Positions 1-4,620 of a stretch of DNA of 5,140 nucleotides are shown in pieces. This DNA is from a virus. The translations under genes were made by a program, and so were the position numbers. The notes under the pieces were generated by a model. It was not told the origin of the DNA. It saw nothing but the letters and a program-made list of their open reading frames with translations, and ran no database searches. Position 1 is the stretch's first letter, and the number at the start of each line of letters is the position of its first letter. Where the stretch lies: the UHGV virus genome UHGV-0391423. One strand, given 5' to 3'.

Positions 1-241
1 ACCGCTCAATCTGTGCTTGAGAACCAGCAGGGGTACTAGCTCCACTACTCGCATTATCCACCGCAAGTAAAGGATTTAAACCAGCATTTCTTAAGTCTTG
101 CATACGCCGACTTATAGAAGTATTGCTCATTTGCTCCTGCCATTCTCTATTCTTTTGTGCCTCATGCTTAGCACTGTTATTACCAAGTATTGTTGAAGCA
201 ATACCGCCAATAGCACCAGCGATACCGCCAAATAAACCCAT
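1..241 (-). CDS. VP2 minor capsid / DNA pilot protein, N-terminal 80 codons. It runs off the left edge and continues in frame at 5140..4617 if the molecule is circular. Hand translation from the ATG at 241..239: MGLFGGIAGAIGGIASTILGNNSAKHEAQKNREWQEQMSNTSISRRMQDLRNAGLNPLLAVDNASSGASTPAGSQAQIER
   Basis: Hand translation of the minus strand. The Gly/Ala-rich N-terminus is followed by MSNTxxxxRxxDLxxAGLNPxLA, which I recall as the signature of gokushovirus VP2 pilot proteins. An in-frame TAG sits at 253..251 and the upstream sequence ataGGTAGGTGATgtttATG pairs with the anti-SD. Alternative in-frame starts are the GTG at 250 and the ATG at 247. The ORF track missed this piece because the gene is split by the window edge. 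Confidence 0.75.
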   Translation of the reverse strand, partial: MGLFGGIAGAIGGIASTILGNNSAKHEAQKNREWQEQMSNTSISRRMQDLRNAGLNPLLAVDNASSGASTPAGSQAQIER

Positions 242-250
242 AAACATCAC

Positions 251-349
251 CTACCTATTAAAAAAACCTTCAAAACAACTTACCATAAAAACAAGTGAAA
301 ACATTAAAATAAAATACCATTTAATAATTTTTAATATTTTTTCCCACAT
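251..349 (-). CDS. Small hydrophobic peptide 2 (32 aa): MWEKILKIIKWYFILMFSLVFMVSCFEGFFNR. Predicted single-pass membrane peptide and candidate lysis/membrane protein.
   Basis: Hand translation. The SD AGGTGAT sits 4-6 nt upstream (taagAGGTGATgattATG). The stop TAG at 253..251 is directly followed by the VP2 start region. The hydrophobic core is WYFILMFSLVFMVSCF. It falls below the length cutoff of the ORF track. Confidence 0.45.
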   Translation of the reverse strand: MWEKILKIIKWYFILMFSLVFMVSCFEGFFNR

Positions 350-361
350 AATCATCACCTC

Positions 362-460
362 TTATGGTAATTGTAGCACAACTTCTGTTATTTTCCAAAG
401 GAAAAATAAACAACTCATTAATCCCAAGACCATAGCAAAATTTTTAAAGAATGGTTCCAT
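362..460 (-). CDS. Small hydrophobic peptide 1 (32 aa): MEPFFKNFAMVLGLMSCLFFLWKITEVVLQLP. Predicted single-pass membrane peptide and candidate lysis/membrane protein.
   Basis: Hand translation. A near-perfect SD AAGGAGGTG (plus 466-474) lies 5 nt upstream of the ATG at 460..458, and the stop TAA is at 364..362. The hydrophobic core is FAMVLGLMSCLFFLW. It shares a frame with peptide 2 and is separated from it by a single TAA. Confidence 0.5.
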   Translation of the reverse strand: MEPFFKNFAMVLGLMSCLFFLWKITEVVLQLP

Positions 461-465
461 ATAAA

Positions 466-474
466 CACCTCCTT
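466..474 (-). promoter_or_regulatory. Shine-Dalgarno AAGGAGGTG for small peptide 1
   Basis: Plus-strand cacctcctt is AAGGAGGTG on the minus strand, 5 nt before the ATG at 460. This is the strongest SD in the window and lies in the otherwise unannotated Rep-VP2 spacer. Confidence 0.55.
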
Positions 475-514
475 TAATTGAGCATTTTTTATCCAATTGC
501 CAATGTGCAAATTT

Positions 515-1456
515 TTATCTATTTACATTCTTAAAAGAATTGTAAATCTCTCTCTTAATTTTTCCCTGCTGAACATGATAATCATATATCTCTGTCCAGT
601 GTAAACCATACTTAATCATCAATTCCTTATTACACTCTAATATATAATCTTCCATTCTCCGTCTATACTCTAAGTACATTTCATTCAAATGAACATTATC
701 AGAATTTTCAGCATATTTCAAAAAGCTTTTAGGGATTCCAAGCTTTTGACCTCTAGAGTCATATATAAACCCATTAGTAAGAATTTGTTCATAATTTTCT
801 AAAAAATAATCTATTCCTAAAATTTTCTTAGGATAAACAACATAAGGTTTTCTTACAACTTTTCCATTGACTACAAAGTCATCTGATTTAATTTCTGAAA
901 ATTTAGTAATATACTTTACCATATAAGGAGCAGTATGTTCATTAACATCTCCAACATCAACAAACCCAGCTTTCCAAACAGATTCAAGAAATTTTGATTT
1001 ATAACAATTATAACCTTTCTTTGACTTATAAAAATATTTTAAGTCTGAAGGTTTATAGCCAAACATTATCATATGAAAATGAGGTCTACCATTTTTTTCT
1101 CCATACTCTCCAGATACTAAATATTTTATTTTACCTTCAAATCCATGATATTCTAACTTCCTTCTAAGTCTCTTCATAAATTTTTGAAAATAGGTATGAT
1201 TTAAAGAACCATTAGGGAATACCTCTTCCAAATTATCATCATCTACTGTAAGAGTTAAAAAACATATCTCATTATAACTATATTTTGTAAGTTCATATCT
1301 TACTCTTTGAGCAAGTGAAGTCCTCCATTTCTTTTTACACTCTGGACACTTACCACAAGGAACAATAACACTTCTAGTAATATCAGCATCTTTAGGATTG
1401 AACATATATTTATGCTCTGATCTATCCCAATAGATTTTTAAAGGAGACATACACAT
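515..1456 (-). CDS. Replication initiation protein (VP4 / phiX174 gpA-like HUH rolling-circle endonuclease), 313 aa
   Basis: The translation carries RCR motif I FLTLTVDD, motif II (HUH) RPHFHMIMFG and motif III with paired tyrosines APYMVKYITK, which resembles YVAKYVNK of phiX174 A. The N-terminal CGKCPECKKKW is the CxxC zinc-ribbon typical of microvirus Rep. The SD is AGGAGttgaagagtaATG. The start ATG at 1456..1454 shares an A with the TAA of the upstream ORF (TAATG). Confidence 0.9.
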   Translation of the reverse strand: MCMSPLKIYWDRSEHKYMFNPKDADITRSVIVPCGKCPECKKKWRTSLAQRVRYELTKYSYNEICFLTLTVDDDNLEEVFPNGSLNHTYFQKFMKRLRRKLEYHGFEGKIKYLVSGEYGEKNGRPHFHMIMFGYKPSDLKYFYKSKKGYNCYKSKFLESVWKAGFVDVGDVNEHTAPYMVKYITKFSEIKSDDFVVNGKVVRKPYVVYPKKILGIDYFLENYEQILTNGFIYDSRGQKLGIPKSFLKYAENSDNVHLNEMYLEYRRRMEDYILECNKELMIKYGLHWTEIYDYHVQQGKIKREIYNSFKNVNR

Positions 1457-1713
1457 TACTCTTCAACTCCTATAACATTATATCTAATACTTAAATACAT
1501 ATCTTCAAAAGCATAAAATTCTATAAAACATTTTCTATCTGCTTTGAAAGCTTCAAACAAAGTTTTTAAACGTTCAATTCTATCAAAACTATACAATATT
1601 CTAATATTTAACACTCCAGGTTCTTTACAATCAAAAAAAGCTGGAAAATCCTCTTCATGTAAAATTTCAAAAAAAGACTGTAATTCTTTAAAATAGTAAT
1701 ATGCGAACATCAT
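1456..1713 (-). CDS. Hypothetical 85-aa protein, aromatic and acidic, translationally coupled to Rep
   Basis: The SD AGAGGTG is followed by T8 and then ATGATG at 1713/1710. The stop TAA overlaps the Rep ATG by 1 nt. I recognise no motif. Gene packing supports it being real. Confidence 0.55.
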   Translation of the reverse strand: MMFAYYYFKELQSFFEILHEEDFPAFFDCKEPGVLNIRILYSFDRIERLKTLFEAFKADRKCFIEFYAFEDMYLSIRYNVIGVEE

Positions 1714-1740
1714 AAAAAAAACACCTCTTATTATATATTG

Positions 1741-1768
1741 TGTATATAATTAATAAAAGATGTGTAAA
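1741..1768 (-). promoter_or_regulatory. Candidate sigma70-like promoter TTTACA-N16-TATACA for the orf85-Rep-...operon
   Basis: On the minus strand the sequence is tatTTTACAca tcttttattaatta TATACA caatatataataAGAGGTG. The -35 matches 5/6, the -10 matches 4/6 and the spacer is 16. The region is very AT-rich, so chance matches are likely. Confidence 0.2.
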
Positions 1769-1841
1769 TATTATAAAATTCGTTTGAAAAAATAACAATT
1801 TAGCGTAAAATTAACATTATATTTAGTTTAGTTAACTGATG

Positions 1842-1878
1842 GGACTAAATAATAATTATTTTAGATAATTTTTAACTA
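1842..1878. repeat. Direct repeat family in the non-coding region. ACTAA(AT)AATAATTATTTTA[G/A]ATAATTTTT occurs at about 1845-1876 and again at about 2052-2080. GGACTAAAT also occurs at 1842-1850 and 1892-1900, and GGGAAGAAA at 1883-1891 and 2001-2009.
   Basis: By eye, taataattattttagataattttt (1850-1874) and taataattattttaaataattttt (2057-2080) differ at one position, and the shorter exact repeats are as listed. Confidence 0.6.
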
Positions 1879-1963
1879 GAATGGGAAGAAAGGACTAAAT
1901 TAAAATCTTCTCAAACTACCTTTAAATAATACTTAGAACAAATTTTATTAAATTTTGTGTCAA

Positions 1964-1997
1964 GGGGGCTTATATAAAACAAGGAATATAAGCCCCC
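1964..1997. repeat. Perfect 12-bp inverted repeat (GGGGGCTTATAT / ATATAAGCCCCC) with a 10-nt loop. A GC-clamped hairpin in an AT-rich non-coding region.
   Basis: 1964-1975 is the exact reverse complement of 1986-1997, and the loop is aaaacaagga. It is flanked by more G/C-tract islands, gggaagaaaccccctcgg at 2001-2018. Confidence 0.85.
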
Positions 1998-2165
1998 TTT
2001 GGGAAGAAACCCCCTCGGTAATAATTATATACCATTTTTTTCTTAAAAAGTCAACTAATAATTATTTTAAATAATTTTTGAAGTTAGCGGACTTTTTAGC
2101 GGAGCTAAAGACGGCACAGTTACATTAATTTTATTTATAGTTTTTTGAGTGCCTCTCCGCACTTT

Positions 2166-2194
2166 AGTAAAAGAAAAAGCACCCTTTCGGGTGC
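2166..2194 (-). terminator. Rho-independent terminator downstream of the 166-aa gene. On the minus strand it reads GCACCC-GAAA-GGGTGC followed by TTTTTCTTTTACT.
   Basis: A 6-bp GC stem (2179-2184 / 2189-2194) with a GAAA tetraloop on the minus strand is followed by a T-run, the complement of plus aagaaaaa at 2171-2178. It lies 13 nt after the TAA at 2210..2208. Confidence 0.6.
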
Positions 2195-2207
2195 GGTATA
2201 GGGAAAG

Positions 2208-2708
2208 TTATGCTTTTGGTGTCTTATCATCAACAACTGGTTGTTCCACAGGCAACTCTGGAAGAGTAGTAACATCTTGAGGCTTTTCATAAATTTTTCC
2301 ATCCTCAATTTGATAATTATCTGGGTTACTACAATATTCAAAAAACTTTTGAGGAGTTCCAAACATTCCTCTTGTCTTTTCATCCAAATGTAAAAATTTT
2401 CTCTCAATCTTAGCTTTCTCATTTTGCCAATCTTCAAAAGTCCATGAACTAGTTTCATAATTATTCATATCATAAACTGGAGTTCTCGGAGTTCCTCTAT
2501 AATTTACTAACAACTGTTCTATTTCACACATTGACTTAAAACTTTGGTCGGTCAAACTCTCCATGTTATTTACTGTACCACTGATTTTAGGCCAACTTTC
2601 TTTATTCCAATAGGTTGCAAATCTAGGAATTTTAACTTCTTCTTCAACTGAATTTAAAGTACTTTTTTTAGAAACTTCCAAAACATCACTAACTTTTTTT
2701 AATTTCAT
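2208..2708 (-). CDS. Hypothetical acidic 166-aa protein immediately downstream of VP1. It may be an internal scaffolding protein (VP3-like), but this is unconfirmed.
   Basis: A strong SD AAGGAGGT lies 8 nt upstream of the ATG at 2708 and begins right after the VP1 TAG. The protein is D/E-rich. I recognise no motif, and the positional guess rests on the VP1-adjacent location. Confidence 0.6.
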   Translation of the reverse strand: MKLKKVSDVLEVSKKSTLNSVEEEVKIPRFATYWNKESWPKISGTVNNMESLTDQSFKSMCEIEQLLVNYRGTPRTPVYDMNNYETSSWTFEDWQNEKAKIERKFLHLDEKTRGMFGTPQKFFEYCSNPDNYQIEDGKIYEKPQDVTTLPELPVEQPVVDDKTPKA

Positions 2709-2725
2709 ACCAAAATACCTCCTTT

Positions 2726-4348
2726 CTATATTCTACCAGCTAAAAGACTTGGATTTGATGAAACAGGTAGAGGTCTAGTTGCTTTAATATCAAACCAAAT
2801 ATCAGTAATAATATCTGGCTCATCAGGAGCACTTAACACTCTATCTATAGGAGTAGCACACTGGATAAACTCTCCATTTAATTTAGGTAAAGTTTCAAAT
2901 TTTTCTGCCAAATGCCACACATCAAGAGAACCTTCTACACCACTTCTCATCTTACCAGTAATTTTATTAATACCTTCTCTTAACTCTCTATATCTTTCTT
3001 GATAACCAAATACAGCTTCATTGGTTGCCTTATCTGGAGATAAGAAAATTTCCTTATTATAAACTGCTTGGTCTCCTAAGTTCCAGAAAGCAGGATTCAT
3101 ATAATCATACCTAGAAAGCTTATTAAACTTTCTCGCTACACCTTGTTGATATGTTACATCAGCACTAGCACAAGCTACAATCATAAATATACCATGTTCC
3201 ACTGCAGATATTTCGCATAATTCCTTATTACCTTGTCCAACTCCAATACCTGTAAGATTTCCTTGAGGAGAAACTTCATTTGTACTTGAATTTTGAACAA
3301 CAGGATTAACTATTATATCAACATTAGCACTTCCTAAATACTGACTTCTACCTAACAGAAAATCTGGACAAGTCACATTATAGTGCATTTTAACTAACTC
3401 TGGGTATCTCTCACCAGCTCTTGCATCTCTTTCAAGCAACACTTGTAATGCACTTGCTTTCCTTAATGCTTCAATAGATACTCCAGTTACTCTCGACATA
3501 TCAGCATATAGATGAGTATCAATATTACTTACACGACCAATGTCTCTAGCTCTCAAAACGTTATCTCCTCCACCGATGTAAGCAGTACTAACATTTTGAA
3601 CTAAAGAACCAGTATCAGAAAAAGTATTAATCCTAGTAACTTCAACACCAGTCATAACAGGAGCATTACCAGTCAAAGGTATCATCACTTCCTCTCCTGC
3701 TTGAGGATATGGTAAGCATGATGTAAAATAATCTAAAGGTTTTCCCTTCTTAAGTATCTTATATGTTGCTAAAGTATCTTTACTTTCTGCAGGGTCTCCA
3801 GATAAATTATCACCTGTATATTCCTTTAAAGGCTCTTGGAGTTCTGAAGCTCTAAACCAATCATTGAAAATTTTATTGTAAGCTCTAAAAGGTAAAACAG
3901 ATACCGAGTAGTCACAAGTTGTCCCAGTGGGCGGACATCCTAAATAGTCTCCGAGACCACCAACTGTATTCTCTGCTACTTTCATATTTAATTGAGGTAC
4001 TAAATAATCTACCTTATCATCTTGCCACTGCTTCTCACCCATAAAATTTAAAAAATGCTTCCATAAAAGTCTATTAGGTATCCAAAAAGCCATAAACTTT
4101 AATTTAACATTATCCATAACTGGGGAAATCATAGGCATAAGTCTACAAACACTTGCCACGGATACCTCGAAATGGTCTCCTGGGGATAACTCTTCCCAAT
4201 ATACAGGATAGATATTATCAAAATCAAAACAAGTTTTTAATCCTTCTGATAAATTAAAAGTTGACTTCATACCTTTTGCTTGGGGCAAGATATTACTGTC
4301 AAGAATAACCTCATTAGGCATTTTCATTGTAAAATTAGCATTATTCAT
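2726..4348 (-). CDS. Major capsid protein VP1 (Microviridae F-protein family, gokushovirus-like size), 540 aa
   Basis: The length and the N-terminal region (...FDFDNIYPVYWEELSPGDHFEVS...MPMISPVMDNVKLKFMAFWIPNRLLW...) match microvirus major capsid proteins as I recall them. The RBS is strong, GGAAGGAGAG followed by 8 nt and then ATG. The stop TAG is at 2728..2726. Confidence 0.85.
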   Translation of the reverse strand: MNNANFTMKMPNEVILDSNILPQAKGMKSTFNLSEGLKTCFDFDNIYPVYWEELSPGDHFEVSVASVCRLMPMISPVMDNVKLKFMAFWIPNRLLWKHFLNFMGEKQWQDDKVDYLVPQLNMKVAENTVGGLGDYLGCPPTGTTCDYSVSVLPFRAYNKIFNDWFRASELQEPLKEYTGDNLSGDPAESKDTLATYKILKKGKPLDYFTSCLPYPQAGEEVMIPLTGNAPVMTGVEVTRINTFSDTGSLVQNVSTAYIGGGDNVLRARDIGRVSNIDTHLYADMSRVTGVSIEALRKASALQVLLERDARAGERYPELVKMHYNVTCPDFLLGRSQYLGSANVDIIVNPVVQNSSTNEVSPQGNLTGIGVGQGNKELCEISAVEHGIFMIVACASADVTYQQGVARKFNKLSRYDYMNPAFWNLGDQAVYNKEIFLSPDKATNEAVFGYQERYRELREGINKITGKMRSGVEGSLDVWHLAEKFETLPKLNGEFIQCATPIDRVLSAPDEPDIITDIWFDIKATRPLPVSSNPSLLAGRI

Positions 4349-4447
4349 CTAAAAAACTCTCCTTCCGCCTCTTGTGTCTGGAACAAAGGCTTGTTGATAT
4401 AAAAAGGTTCTACTAAATTGTACTCTTCTAGCTCTATTTATTCTCAT
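4349..4447 (-). CDS. Small arginine-rich peptide (31 aa): MRINRARRVQFSRTFLYQQAFVPDTRGGRRVF. Candidate DNA-binding/packaging protein, analogous to phiX174 J or gokushovirus ORF8.
   Basis: Hand translation. The SD AGGAGAG lies 8 nt upstream of the ATG at 4447. Eight of the 31 residues are Arg. The stop TAG at 4351..4349 abuts the VP1 ATG (TAGATG). Its position immediately 5' of the major capsid gene matches that of J in phiX174. It falls below the ORF-track cutoff. Confidence 0.5.
   Translation of the reverse strand: MRINRARRVQFSRTFLYQQAFVPDTRGGRRVF
4357..4366 (-). promoter_or_regulatory. Shine-Dalgarno GGAAGGAGAG for VP1, embedded in the coding sequence of the upstream 31-aa ORF
   Basis: Plus-strand ctctccttcc is GGAAGGAGAG on the minus strand, 8 nt before the ATG at 4348. 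Confidence 0.6.
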
Positions 4448-4452
4448 TTTTT

Positions 4453-4620
4453 TCACTCTCCTTTTTCTGTTTCTTGTTTTTCAATCCCCTTAATAACTTT
4501 AATACTTCCCACAATAAATTGAGAAAACGACAAATTGAACTCTTCATCTTTTATAAATCCTCCCTTTTGTAATTTCTTTAATGTAAAATATCCTATTACC
4601 AAATCAATAACATCTTTCAT
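4453..4620 (-). CDS. Hypothetical 55-aa protein: MKDVIDLVIGYFTLKKLQKGGFIKDEEFNLSFSQFIVGSIKVIKGIEKQETEKGE
   Basis: Hand translation. The ATG at 4620..4618 overlaps the VP2 TGA stop (ATGA). The SD-like AGGAGA lies 11 nt upstream. The stop TGA at 4455..4453 sits inside the SD of the next ORF. The spacing is suboptimal and I recognise no motif. Confidence 0.35.
   Translation of the reverse strand: MKDVIDLVIGYFTLKKLQKGGFIKDEEFNLSFSQFIVGSIKVIKGIEKQETEKGE

Noticed and set aside
130-166. Apparent in-frame stop upstream of the MSNT motif, found during a first hand translation, which would have made VP2 start at the ATG at 130
   Set aside because: It was an indexing error on my part. Re-derivation by reverse-complementing 10-mers shows an open frame back to the ATG at 241 with a proper SD. 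The Gly-rich N-terminus fits VP2.
123-464. Plus-strand ORF of 113 aa from the track (MLICSCHS...PPIAPAIPP...)
   Set aside because: It is antisense to the VP2 N-terminus and to the two small hydrophobic peptide genes. Its Pro/Ala-rich stretch is simply the complement of the Gly/Ala codons of VP2. It has no RBS and would be the only plus-strand gene in a genome type that codes on one strand.
1958-1963. Consensus TTGACA on the coding strand immediately after the 12-bp hairpin
   Set aside because: No acceptable -10 element lies at a 16-19 nt spacing; the nearest TATTAT is about 26 nt away. It is probably a chance match in AT-rich DNA.
2135-2458. Minus-strand ORF of 107 aa from the track, overlapping orf166 in another frame
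   Set aside because: No SD lies upstream of its ATG at 2458. It reads through the terminator hairpins into the non-coding region. Its translation is low-complexity and K/L-rich. I treat it as a frame artefact, although overlapping genes do exist in Microviridae, so it is not absolutely excluded.
4617-4619. Possibility that TGA is read as Trp (genetic code 4), extending VP2
   Set aside because: Reading through gives only 6 more codons before a TAA. TGG is used for Trp throughout. TGA also ends orf55 cleanly inside the next SD.
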